A stretch of 64,000 nt of DNA. Origin: Candidatus Marinacidobacterales bacterium. Its GTDB lineage: Bacteria > Acidobacteriota > Vicinamibacteria > Marinacidobacterales > DATDRI01. Below are positions 41,497 through 52,992 of this stretch, piece after piece (positions within the stretch are counted from its first letter, which is position 1; each line of letters begins with the position of its first letter). The stretch lies in NCBI GenBank assembly GCA_965219415.1, contig CBDCNP010000002.1, positions 4,672,001-4,736,000 of the forward strand. The letters run 5' to 3'. The translations under genes and the position numbers were made by a program. A model generated the notes under the pieces. The model was not told the DNA's origin. It was given only the letters and a program-made list of their open reading frames with translations, and did no database searches.

Positions 41497-42169
41497 TGTG
41501 CATCGTCAAAACTGCTCCGCCCACGAAATCAAGGACTTACGCTCCGCTTGAATTCCGGGCCGAAGACGGCGAAACTCCGCCGCTATGCTCGATGTTGTTA
41601 TCTTCCTCGTCTCACTTGGCGTCCGTGCCATTCGGGCGATGTGTCGGCGCCGCGCCGACCTGGTGTTGGAGAACGTCGCTTTGCGGCAGCAAGTGACGGC
41701 GCTGAAGAAGGAGCGCCCACGCCCACCGCTCGACGACACGGAGCGGGCTTTCTGGGTTGCCCTTCGAGGTTCGTGGCCCGTGTGGGCGAGCCGCCTGCTC
41801 ATCGTCCACGCGGACACCGTGGCCCGTTGGCATCGCGCCGGATTCGGACGGTACTGGGGAAAGATCTCGCATCGCCGCCATCCCGGTCGGCCTCGGATTG
41901 ATGCCGAGATTCGTCGCCTCGTCCGCACGATGGCGCAAGACGGCTGGGGGGCGCCACGCATCCATGCTGAGCTCACCAAGCGTGGATTGCACCATCGATA
42001 CGAGTGGCGAGAGGCAGCCTGAGTCAGCTTGGTCGCTCGCGTTACTCGGCTGGTCGCCGAGAAGTTCGTCCTCAGCACCTTCCCTCGCGCGCTGACCACG
42101 CTCTCCAGCATGTGCTCGAGGGCGGTCCAGGCCTAGAGTCCAGTCCCGGACTAATAATGATGATGGACA
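41497..42169 (+). mobile_element. Integrase element D with in-frame internal deletion
   Basis: Both ends present; ORF 41585-42022 joins HAELTK to GLHHRYEWREAA. Confidence 0.9.
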
Positions 42170-42276
42170 GCTACCTCATCGCAGCCAAGTACGATGGTTG
42201 TGCTCCGCAAAAAATCGATCCAGCGGTACGCGATCTTCTTTTTTGCGGATCACTAGAGTCTGACGCCGAGCAGCCG

Positions 42277-42627
42277 TCACACCAGCGCCAGACTGCCTTC
42301 GTCTACCTCCACGTCGTATATGCCCAGCTGTCCCTTGACCGGAAATGGCTTCAGTGCCCGAACGTCACGTAGAATCCACGCGAACGCGCCAGCATAAATC
42401 GCGCATCGTGCTTTGATTTCATCGGATTTAGTCATTGGCCGACACTCGACGAGCTGCGCTACGGCGACCGCGCAGCCCGCAGGCGGAATGGCGGGGGTCT
42501 TCGACGACACGATCAACAGCGGGCCACGGTAGGCGGTCGGCCATTTGCGCGTCTCAATCGTCTTCTCTCCCGAGGCAATCATGTTCGCCCACGGCTGTTT
42601 CAGCGACAGGGCTTTGAGTCTCTGCAT
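42277..42627 (-). CDS. ASCH domain protein
   Basis: ALSLKQPWA..GEKTIETRKW..YRGPLLI..KGQLG. Confidence 0.9.
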   Translation of the reverse strand: MQRLKALSLKQPWANMIASGEKTIETRKWPTAYRGPLLIVSSKTPAIPPAGCAVAVAQLVECRPMTKSDEIKARCAIYAGAFAWILRDVRALKPFPVKGQLGIYDVEVDEGSLALV

Positions 42628-42846
42628 GCTGGTGCTATAGCTTCAGACGCCTTGGGACGGCACGCACTGGCCGATCTGCGTATTCGCGTTGCCATCCGCG
42701 ACGAGCGCCACGCGGGCCTGACCTGACCCCACGGTTGGTACCACGTTGTATCTCAGTTATTCGGTGCTGACAAGAGCTGGTTGAAGCCGGCGTAGCGGAG
42801 CCGGTTTCAACCAAATCGTTTCCGGCGACGTTAGAATGGCTTCGTT

Positions 42847-43605
42847 ATGTCGAAGCTGTACTTTCGGACTCTATGGGCCGGCGTCGCGTCGCCCTTTGCG
42901 GCAGCGGGTCTTGGCCTGTTCGTCTATCGGAGCCTGACGCGTGCGAGCACCGACAGGGACGCCGACTTCGTCTTCCGTCTCTCCATAGTCGCGATCGCGA
43001 TGGCCTTGCCGGGCGTCATCACTCTCGTCCTCGCGCTCGCCGACCACCGCAAAGGAGCCTTCTCAACCGTGAGCAAGGTGGGCCTGATGCTCGGCATTCT
43101 GTCGCTCGGTCTCGTGTTCCTTCCGATTCGAGGCGTCGTCGAGCGCGCTACGCAGGCGCGGAACCTAGCGCTCAGTGACGTCGAGGCGCCGCCTTTCTCG
43201 ACGGCGGATATCCACGGCAACACGCATCGTCTCGACGAGCATGGAGGAAAGGTCGTGCTCGTAAACGTTTGGGCGACCTGGTGCCCGCCGTGCCGCAAGG
43301 AAATGCCGGACCTCGACAAGCTCTATCAGGAACGCAAGAAACAGGGATTCATGGTCTTCGGCCTCTCCATAGAGGACCTCGAAACGCAGCTCGACTTCGA
43401 AGAAAACGTCCTGTCGGTGAGCTACCCCCTCCTGACGATCGAGGGGGACGTCCCCGAGATTTATCAGACGACGGCGCGATACCCCGCCAACTACCTAATC
43501 GATCGCGAAGGACGGCTGCAACCCGCTCCGAGCACGGAGCAGCCTTTCGAGAATCTCGTCGTCGCCGTCGACGCGCTCCTGAAGCAGCAGATCAATCGTC
43601 GGTAG
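42847..43605 (+). CDS. Membrane-anchored TlpA-like thioredoxin
   Basis: 3 TM helices, then NVWATWCPPC. Confidence 0.9.
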   Translation: MSKLYFRTLWAGVASPFAAAGLGLFVYRSLTRASTDRDADFVFRLSIVAIAMALPGVITLVLALADHRKGAFSTVSKVGLMLGILSLGLVFLPIRGVVERATQARNLALSDVEAPPFSTADIHGNTHRLDEHGGKVVLVNVWATWCPPCRKEMPDLDKLYQERKKQGFMVFGLSIEDLETQLDFEENVLSVSYPLLTIEGDVPEIYQTTARYPANYLIDREGRLQPAPSTEQPFENLVVAVDALLKQQINRR

Positions 43606-43612
43606 CGACGGC

Positions 43613-43778
43613 GGTGCTTGCGCTGTTTGCTGTTGGTGATGTGTACGTATCCCTTTGCAAAAAAAGCGCTTATGCTTCATTTAGCGCGCGGCGAAGGTCG
43701 TGAGCGCTATTTGGGCTGTAATTTAATGCAGCGTAAAGTCTTAGCGTCATCTCACCAACACTTAATAGCGGAAGCACC
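43613..43778. mobile_element. 166-bp MITE (family A), copy 5
   Basis: Same TIRs and length. Confidence 0.9.
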
Positions 43779-43844
43779 CACAGGACGGGTTCGCGAACCT
43801 GCAATTGCGCTCGTCGAAACCCGCGGTCTACACTGCGCATCCAC

Positions 43845-44725
<881 letters not shown>

Positions 44726-44741
44726 ACCATGGCTGGGACGT

Positions 44742-45056
44742 CGTCCTGTGCCAAAACTCGGCCCTTTTGAAATAGGCCATAAATCAGCAGCTAGTGTCTG
44801 TGTTTGCGACCGGGCCAAGGGCTGTGGGCTTTACAATCGTCTGGCCCGAGGGTGTTATCTTCGGATCCACCATGACGTACCATGTGCAAATCCTACTGTT
44901 GGTCAGGCAGCCGTTGTTCGATCGGGCAGCCCTGCTGCCCACACAGACCTCATGGGTGCTTCCGCCATTAAGTGTTGGTAAAATGACGCTAAGACTTTAC
45001 GGTGCATTAAATTACAGCCATGGTCTTTCAAAAGGGCCGAGTTTTGGCACAGGACG
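44742..45056. mobile_element. B-B mini-element containing a partial MITE A (44955-45020)
   Basis: Inverted B termini at both edges. Confidence 0.7.
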
Positions 45057-45140
45057 CGGTCGAAACCGACGTTTACCGGGCACTGAGAAACCGCATCGGC
45101 CTTTTCGAATCCGTGGTCGGCCGCTTGCAGCCGATTCTGG

Positions 45141-45306
45141 GGTGCTTGCGCTGTTTACTGTTGGTGATGTGTACGCATCCCTTTGCAAAAGAGGCGCTTA
45201 CGCTCCATTTGGCGCGCAGCGAAGGTCACGAGCGCTATTTTGGCTGTAATTTAATGTACCCTAAAGTCTTAGCGTTATCTCACCAACACTTAATGGCGGA
45301 AGCACC
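45141..45306. mobile_element. 166-bp MITE (family A), copy 6
   Basis: Same TIRs and length. Confidence 0.9.
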
Positions 45307-45358
45307 AAAGATGGCAGCGAAGGCACGCTGGCAGAAGAAGTAGGCGCTCGGCTGTTCT

Positions 45359-46533
45359 TCAGTTCTTATTGCGAAAATGGATTACCGATTCCGACTTTTC
45401 TCCATCGACAAGCCTAAGTTTCATGTTTGGTCCCTCCATGGTCGTTATTGATCCAGGTGGTAGTCCAAAAAGCTCCTCTTGCAGACTGCACGGAAGGGGG
45501 ATTCGCTTGCGGAGGACGTTCGCTATTTTTGTCGGGCCGCCAAGGGCGTCGATTGCTTTAGCGATGAGTTGAGGTTGCTCGGGCGCCAGCTCATCGTCTA
45601 GGGGCTCACGACGCCTGTAACCACGCGCTCCGTAAAGACGCCAAAGTCTAGTATTGTATGCATCGTCGATGAGCCCGAGTTCTCGTAGGCGCATGAGCAT
45701 GGCCCCTATAGAAACACCCCACGTTGGTTTTAACGTCCTTAGGTAATCGAGACTTATCGCATCGACATCATCAAGGAAAGACTCTTCTGGCATTAGAAAT
45801 GCCCCTGCAAATTGAAAAGCCTGGGTTTCCACAAGCTTCAAAGTCTCTGGCTTCCTGAGAAGCGTAGGCGACATATGACGGTGCAGTATCTGATGGCCGA
45901 TCTCATGAGCGGTATCAAAACGTATTCTCGCTGCAACGTTTTTCTCTGTGTTCAAAAGAACAAACGGCCGCGCGGAACACTCAGGCCAGCGAGAGAAAGC
46001 ATCAAGAGCTTCAGACTCCATGAGAAATTGACTAACAACGAATCCCGCCGTCTCAGTGATCCGAACAAGGTTGCCAACCGGCCCATCTTCAATACTCCAG
46101 TGTTCGCGTAGGCTGGTCGCCGCAGACTCGATCATTTCACATGTTATTGACTGAGGGTCATCGGGCAAATCAAATTCTGGGATGTTCACCATGGGAAATT
46201 CGACAAGTTCCTCAAGAAAATCAACAGCCTCTCGCAACCAATCCGCGCGCAACTCGGCTTTGCGTCGGGCGCTCTTCGTCGCCGCGGAGAGCGATCGATA
46301 GAACGTGGGTGCGGTATCAGGTGTAGGCGGGGTACAGGAGAAAAAGCCGATTGGCATAGCCAACCGCAACGAGATTTGCTCAAGCAAATCGGCATCTGGT
46401 GCCAGTTCATCCTTTTCGTACTTAGAGAGCGTGTACCGGCTTATGTTTAGTATCTCAGCAAGTGAGATAATCGTTAGTCCACGCGCCTCGCGGGCTTGAC
46501 GTAAACGTTGTCCCTTGAAGCTGCTTAGGCCCT
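45359..46533 (-). CDS. XRE HTH + ImmA/IrrE metallopeptidase; native start removed by element D
   Basis: RLRQAREARG HTH, RFDTAHEIGH, ETQAFQFAGAFLMP. Confidence 0.88.
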
Positions 46534-47818
46534 TGTGCATCGTCAAAACTGCTCCGCCCACGAAATCAAGGACTTACGCTCCGCTTGAATTCCGGGCCGA
46601 AGACGGCGAAACTCCGCCGCTATGCTCAACGTTGTTGTCTTCCTCGTCTCACTTGGCGTCCGTGCCATTCGGGCGATGTGTCGGCGCCGCGCCGATCTGG
46701 TGTTGGAGAACGTCGCTTTGCGGCAGCAAGTGACGGCGCTGAAGAAAGAGCGCCCACGCCCACCGCTCGACGACACGGAACGGGCTTTCTGGGTTGCCCT
46801 TCGAGGTTCGTGGCCCGTGTGGGCGAGCCGCCTGCTCATCGTCCACGCGGACACCGTAGCCCGTTGGCATCGCGACCGATTCCGACGGTACTGGGCAAAT
46901 ATCTCGCAGCGCCGCCATCCCGGTCGGCCTCGGATTGATGCCGAGATTCGTCGCCTCGTCCGCACGATGGCGCAAGACGGCTGGGGGGCGCCACGCATCC
47001 ATGCTGAGCTCACCAAGCTCGGTTTCATCATCTCCGAGAGCACGGTGTCGCGATATCTGCCGCGGCATCCCGCGGAGCCCGACCAGCTGAAGCGATGGAT
47101 GGCTTTCTTGCGCAACCATAAAGACGATATCGCCGCCATGGATCTGTTCACCGTGCCCACCGCTTCGCTCCGGATGCTGTACGGCTTCTTCGTCATCGAG
47201 CACGGCCGTCGGCACATCGTTCACTTCAACGCCACGTTCCACCCGACGTCTGCTTGGGTTATTCAGCAACTACGCGAGGCGTTTCCCTACGACACCGCTC
47301 CGAAATATCTTATCTTCGATCGCGACTTCATCTTTAGCGCTGGGGTCATCGAGTTCATCAAAGCAACGGGCACAAAGCCCGTTCGCACTTCGTTTCGCAG
47401 CCCATGGCAAAACGGAACCGCGGAGCGGTGGGTCGGCAGCTGCCGTCGCGAGCTCCTTGAGCGCGTCGTGGTTCTCGGTGCATGTCATCTCATCCGGCTC
47501 GTGCGAGCTTACATCAGCTACTATCATGAGGACCGTTGCCACTTGGGGCTGAACAAGGACACACCGAGCTTGAGAACGGTAACGCACCGACCGTCTCCTA
47601 CGGCGAAAGTAGTCGCACTGCCGCGAGTCGGTGGACTGCACCATCGATACGAGTGGCGAGAGGCAGCCTGAGTCAGCTTGGTCGCTCGCGTTACTCGGCT
47701 GGTCGCCGAGAAGTTCGTCCTCAGCACCTTCCCTCGCGCGCTGACCACGCTCTCCAGCATGTGCTCGAGGGCGGTCCGGGCCTAGAGTCCAGTCCCGGAT
47801 TAATAATGATGATGGACA
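46534..47818 (+). mobile_element. Integrase element D, complete copy
   Basis: Same ends and length as 36664-37948; no TSD. Confidence 0.9.
46622..47671 (+). CDS. Integrase-core DDE transposase
   Basis: Near-identical to 36752-37801. Confidence 0.92.
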   Translation: MLNVVVFLVSLGVRAIRAMCRRRADLVLENVALRQQVTALKKERPRPPLDDTERAFWVALRGSWPVWASRLLIVHADTVARWHRDRFRRYWANISQRRHPGRPRIDAEIRRLVRTMAQDGWGAPRIHAELTKLGFIISESTVSRYLPRHPAEPDQLKRWMAFLRNHKDDIAAMDLFTVPTASLRMLYGFFVIEHGRRHIVHFNATFHPTSAWVIQQLREAFPYDTAPKYLIFDRDFIFSAGVIEFIKATGTKPVRTSFRSPWQNGTAERWVGSCRRELLERVVVLGACHLIRLVRAYISYYHEDRCHLGLNKDTPSLRTVTHRPSPTAKVVALPRVGGLHHRYEWREAA

Positions 47819-49023
47819 GGCTTGACTAGAGGAGTCCAGATATGTTGCTACGCGGCTACGGGCAGTGGTTCAGGTGCGGAAGAGACCGGGTTGCGCGCCC
47901 CAGTGAGCAGGAAAACCTCGATCCGGAACCACAAAGGAATTGTCGTCGCCAAGAAGATGTCTCGAAAGGTGAGCCGTCGCGTGGTCAGACCGGCTTGCAT
48001 GGCGGGAGTTCGGATCTCACGTCCGAACTTCAGAGCTCCGTGCGGTCGGACGAAGTTGTAATAGCAACGGAGCAACTCCAGGTGCTCATCGAGCCTCTCC
48101 GTCGAGCGAGCGTGGGAAAGCGTTCGTCTCGAAAGGTATGCCGAGCTTCGCCGGATGGTCAGATTTAACCGCTCGATGAACGACGTGTTCAATGTCGAGG
48201 AGTCCTCGGAGTTATTGAGCGTGTCTTCGAATCGCCGCGGCTCCGTGCAGCGCTCTGCGTTCGACCTTGATGATACGATTGTTCCTGCGCGTTTTGAGGA
48301 CCTGGCCGTAGAGACACGCTGGCCCGAAGAAGCGACGGATGACCTTCTGGTAGAATTCGAATCCATCCGTGACGATCAGGGGAAGACGCTCGAAATTCAT
48401 CCGTCTCGAAAGGTCGCGAAACAGAGCGTGAGTGTTCCGGTAGCTTCGCCTTCCCGTCACCGTCGATGGCCAGAGCCGAGACCAGACTTCGATTGTAACG
48501 AAGACCCAACTCGGTGTCTTCTTGTTGCCCGCGAACGTGCGAATCTCGTCGGCTTGAAGCTCTTCGGCAGCGAAGCCAGCGATCCTTCTGTGATTGAATC
48601 GACGACACACTTGGGCTGCCTTCTCGAGCCAGCGGGCGACGGTGTTCCAGGCAATCCCTTTGATCCGGGAAATCGAGGAAATGCTGACACCCTCGACTCT
48701 GAGAGCGATGACCCCATCGAAAGTAGCTCTTCGATGTTGGAGACGGTAGTAGGGCGTGCCTTTCGTCGAGGAGAACGTCTTTCCGCACTCGCCGCACCGG
48801 TATCGACGGCGTTTCCCGGACCTGGTTCGGTAGAATCCGTGGCGAACGATGTTTCCCGGAACTGACTTTGCCCCGCAACGGACATGCGAGATTGAGACAT
48901 CCGCGATTCTTCACTTCGGCTCGGCCCTGACGATGAGAGAACTGTGTCTTCGGAATTCTGGTTCAAACTCTAGCACGCAGACCGGTTAGGGGCTGGCCGC
49001 CAACACTTAATTGCGGAAGCACC
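47819..49023 (-). mobile_element. Frameshifted IS1-family copy with IS1111 right-end remnant (47819-47842) at the same TIR position
   Basis: Inverted homologue of about 14062-15268. Confidence 0.88.
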
Positions 49024-49500
49024 CCAACACCAACTCGAAATGACCTTCGAGCACATGCCACACCGGCTTCCAATACACTCCGGTCGCTTCCATCGCTACA
49101 ATCGTGCAACCGCTCTGCCCCAGCCAATCCGCCATTTCCAGCAATTCGCTCGTGGCTGTACCGAACACACGCGTCTCGCGTACCACCTTCCGCTTCAACG
49201 CAACCCGCACGCAAGCCGTAATCGATTTCTGGTGGACGTCCAATCCGGCGCATCGCTTATGAACCACTCTCATCGCAGCCTCCTTCACGTCGCACCGGCG
49301 TGGAGCCCACGAACTTGTAATCTAATAGACGCGCTCAACAATCCCAGCTGGATAGAAAACGCAATTTGGGGTACGCGCAGGACTCCCAGCCAAACTTGAC
49401 AACGGGCTCAGTCGCACCAACGTTGAGCCGACCTCTGAGCCGGTGCCACCTACAGAGACTACCGCGTTTCATTCATTCGGGGTGGCCGTCAGGCCGTGAA
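49024..49500 (-). mobile_element. IS110 remnant: left non-coding end plus recombinase N-terminus
   Basis: CAGLDVHQK..VAMEATGVYWKP, cut by the IS1 end; upstream non-coding region carries a 10-nt match to its flank. Confidence 0.85.
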
Positions 49501-49504
49501 AAAC

Positions 49505-49533
49505 TTGACAGTACCATTAGCAAAGAAGATAAT
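49505..49533 (+). promoter_or_regulatory. Possible hybrid promoter for the TonB receptor
   Basis: TTGACA inside an IS6-like end, 17 bp spacer, GATAAT. Confidence 0.5.
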
Positions 49534-49585
49534 CCGAAGGTTTCTAGTGCTGACTAACACTGCCCCGAATATAAGGAGGACGAAC

Positions 49586-52537
49586 ATGAGATCGAAAGAT
49601 CATGCGATCTTGGGGACCACTTCTTTAGTCTTATTCCTATATTTGAGTCTTCTGGCGGTTCCAGCGTCCGCGCAGGTTGGAGAAACCAGTATCACCGGAA
49701 CGATCGCTGATGGGACTGGAGCTGTTCTACCGGGGGTGACCGTTACCGCAACCTTCGCGGCGATGAATGTCGTTCGCACCACGGTCTCCGGCGCCGATGG
49801 GAGGTATCGCTTTAACAATCTTCCGGTCGGCAGGTGGAGTTTCGACTTCACGCTGGATGGCTTCGACTCCACCAAGCTCGAGAACTTTGAGCTCAATGTG
49901 GGTCAAAGCCCTACGATCAACATCACGATGCAGGTGGCTGGAGTCGCGGAGACCATTACCGTGCAAGCCGAGACGCCGGTCATCGAGACGACTCGGTCCG
50001 AGCTCTCACACACGATCCAAGACATCCAGGTCGAGGAGCTCCCGCTCCTCGGCAGGAACTGGCTGGACCTCGCGGTTCTGGCAGCGGGCGTGAAGTCCGA
50101 TGGCGGCTCGGCGGACGACGCTCCCACTGCGGGCATCGGTGTGGGTCGCCAGGACAAGGTCCTCATCGATGGATCGGACGTCAACAACCGCTCCACACAC
50201 CGGACGGTCGACATCAAGCTTTCCAGGGAGTCCATCGCCGAGTTCGAGATCAAGACCAACCAGTTCGACGCCCAGCTCGGCCAGAGCGGCACGTCGGTGA
50301 CCCAGGCGGTCACGAAATCGGGAACCGATGCTTTCCACGGAAGCGGCTTTTACTACCGCCGCGACGGTGACTGGGCAGCCGCGGACTTCTTCACCGGGAC
50401 AAAGAACTCAGATTTCTCGAACACGCAGGTTGGCGGCACGATCGGTGGCCCGATTCTGGAGGGAAAAGCCTTCTTCTTCTTCAGCTACGAGTGGCAGGAC
50501 ACGCCGCAAACCTGCTCCTCCAATACAGGAATCGCCGGAATCGACTCGCAGGAGGTCGGCTGTGGGGACAATCGAAATCTCTGGTTCATCCGAGGCGACG
50601 TCACGATCAACGAGAACCACCGCACTGCGTTTCGCTACAACCGAACGACACGCATACAGCCTTTCGCCCGCACCGGCGGGAGCACGCCACCGGGCGGCGC
50701 GCTCGACTACGACTTCTCGTTCAACCGCTTCAACTGGTCCTTGAACTCGGTGTTCGGCGGCAACGTCGTGAACCGCTTCATCTACAACTACCTCGACACC
50801 AACCGCTTGTTCGGCAAGGTGGGCGACGAGATCATCGGCCCCTCGGTCAGCCCGAAGCTCACCACCGCCGGTCCGAGCCATCAGTTTCCGAGCGCCATCC
50901 TGGGTGGGACCCGAGGCGGTGGTTTCGAGAACCCCGACTATTGGTCCATCCGCGATGACGTCTCCACCTTCTTCGAGAAGGGCGGGGATCACAATCTGAA
51001 GTTCGGTGGCTATCTGGAGCGGGCGCAGCTACAGGGCTTCTTCCTCTTCCAGACCAACGGGGTCTACTTCTTCGACCAAGACCCGGCCAACATCCAAGAG
51101 TGTTGCAACTCCGTGAACTGGACGGAGTGGGATACCTCTCAGTTCCCGATCCCGCTTCGATACTCCGCCAACCTGGGTCAGCCCGAGATCTTGACCCCCC
51201 AAAACGTCTACTCGGCCTATGTCCAGGACGATTGGACCATGAACGAAAAGCTCACGCTGAACCTGGGGTTGCGATGGGACTTGGAGACCGGCTCTATGTT
51301 CAATGACGAGCCGGACCTCCTACTCCAAGAGCAGTTCGGTAACGACTTGAACAACTTCCAGCCGCGGCTCGGCGTCGCCTTCGACACCGGAGGGAACGGA
51401 AAAACGGTCGTTCGAGGCGGGCTCGGGAGGTTCCACTCACAGGCCTTCTTGAACATTGCGCTCTTCGTCCAGCGCTCCAATCGACCTCAAGAGATCAACG
51501 TCACCGTCACCAACGATGACATGGACCCCAGGTTCTACGAAGATCCTCTAGGCGGGCGAGGGTTCGAAGACTTCGCGGGCCAGATCGGATCGATTCCGTT
51601 CGACGTTTCTATTTTTGCCCCCGGCTCGGTGATCCCGAGCCTCTGGTCGTTCACCGGTGGCGTGGCGCACCAGATTACGCCTTCGATGGCTCTCGAGGTC
51701 GACTACATCCACCAGAGGACCGACGATCAGTACCGCTCGGTGGATACCAACCTCTTCCCGAATGCCAATGGCACCGGGAACCTCCCAGTCAACGACGGGT
51801 TCTTTCCCGAGCTCGGCGGTCACGTGACCGGTGTCGGGCGCCCGGACCCGCGCTGGGCGGTCGTCCGGAGCTTCGTGAACGAGGGCACCGCCCGCTACAA
51901 CGCCCTTTCGGTGTCTCTCCAGAAGCGATTCCAGAACAACTACTCCCTCGGCTTTACCTATCTGCTATCGAAGAACCAAGACAACTTCAACGATGTCTTC
52001 GACTATCCCAGTAATATGTTCGACCTCGCCGACGAGTACGGCACTTCGCTCCACGATCAGAGACACCGCATGACGGCGAACTGGGTGTGGGTATTGCCGT
52101 ACGAGTTCGTCTTCAGCGGCCTAATGTACACCGCGTCGGGAATCGCGAGGCCGACGGTGGCCAATGGACAGGATCTCTTCGGTATCGCTCCCGAGCAGCG
52201 CGGTCTGAGCCCGCGACCAACCTGTGGACTCGATCCGCAGTTCGACGGCGCGTGCAGTGTCCTGGGGATCGCCGATGGGACGCGCGTGCCTCGAAATGCG
52301 TTTCGTAGCGACAGCGTCTTCCGACTCGACGTCCGCCTCGGCTGGCGTGGTTACATCTCCGAAGGCGTCTTCGTCGAGCCGACCCTTGAGGTCTTCAACC
52401 TGTTCAACCGGCAAAACAACGACCCCCGCCGCTTCAACACGAACCTGGCGAGCGGCGGCTTTAGCGCACCTGGTCGATCGACCAACCTGCCCTACTTGCC
52501 GCGTACGCTTCAACTCGGTGTAATCCTGCGTTTCTAG
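49586..52537 (+). CDS. TonB-dependent receptor with carboxypeptidase-like regulatory domain
   Basis: RBS AGGAGG, signal peptide, GAVLPGVTV, TKSGT..FHG, YVQDDW, QPRLG, terminal F. Confidence 0.93.
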   Translation: MRSKDHAILGTTSLVLFLYLSLLAVPASAQVGETSITGTIADGTGAVLPGVTVTATFAAMNVVRTTVSGADGRYRFNNLPVGRWSFDFTLDGFDSTKLENFELNVGQSPTINITMQVAGVAETITVQAETPVIETTRSELSHTIQDIQVEELPLLGRNWLDLAVLAAGVKSDGGSADDAPTAGIGVGRQDKVLIDGSDVNNRSTHRTVDIKLSRESIAEFEIKTNQFDAQLGQSGTSVTQAVTKSGTDAFHGSGFYYRRDGDWAAADFFTGTKNSDFSNTQVGGTIGGPILEGKAFFFFSYEWQDTPQTCSSNTGIAGIDSQEVGCGDNRNLWFIRGDVTINENHRTAFRYNRTTRIQPFARTGGSTPPGGALDYDFSFNRFNWSLNSVFGGNVVNRFIYNYLDTNRLFGKVGDEIIGPSVSPKLTTAGPSHQFPSAILGGTRGGGFENPDYWSIRDDVSTFFEKGGDHNLKFGGYLERAQLQGFFLFQTNGVYFFDQDPANIQECCNSVNWTEWDTSQFPIPLRYSANLGQPEILTPQNVYSAYVQDDWTMNEKLTLNLGLRWDLETGSMFNDEPDLLLQEQFGNDLNNFQPRLGVAFDTGGNGKTVVRGGLGRFHSQAFLNIALFVQRSNRPQEINVTVTNDDMDPRFYEDPLGGRGFEDFAGQIGSIPFDVSIFAPGSVIPSLWSFTGGVAHQITPSMALEVDYIHQRTDDQYRSVDTNLFPNANGTGNLPVNDGFFPELGGHVTGVGRPDPRWAVVRSFVNEGTARYNALSVSLQKRFQNNYSLGFTYLLSKNQDNFNDVFDYPSNMFDLADEYGTSLHDQRHRMTANWVWVLPYEFVFSGLMYTASGIARPTVANGQDLFGIAPEQRGLSPRPTCGLDPQFDGACSVLGIADGTRVPRNAFRSDSVFRLDVRLGWRGYISEGVFVEPTLEVFNLFNRQNNDPRRFNTNLASGGFSAPGRSTNLPYLPRTLQLGVILRF

Positions 52538-52553
52538 GCCTCCGAAACGCGGG

Positions 52554-52582
52554 AAAAAAAGCCCCGGCCCTCACGGGCCGGG
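52554..52582. terminator. GC hairpin with upstream A7, clipped by the C end
   Basis: CCCGGCCC-TCAC-GGGCCGGG. Confidence 0.55.
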
Positions 52583-52992
52583 TGTGCCTTCTATTTATTC
52601 ATCTGCGCGCACCGAACTTGATTAGTCTCCGGTCTGCCGGCACCATGCCTGCATGATGTTGTCGTTTGTTCGCGCTCTCATCTCTGCCTTCAAGGCTCGT
52701 TGCGAGCTGGCTCTCGAGGATGTCGCTCTTCGGCAGCAGCTCGCCGTCCTCCACCGTTCGGTGAAACGGCCGCGGCTCTCGAATGTCGACCGCGAGTTTT
52801 GGGTGCTGTTGCGCAGAATCTGGACTGACTGGGAGAGTGTCCTCGTCATCGTGAAACCTGAGACGGTCGTCCGCTGGCACCGTCGGCGTAGGCCTGGACG
52901 ACCAGGCGTCGCTCTCGAAATACGTGGGCTGATACGGAACATGAGCAGGGCCAACCCCGTGGGAAACGCTCGTACTTGCTGTCGTCGGAGGT

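Noticed and set aside
49496-49585. N-terminal 30 aa of the TonB receptor ORF
   Set aside because: Overlaps IS ends and promoter; RBS and signal peptide support ATG 49586
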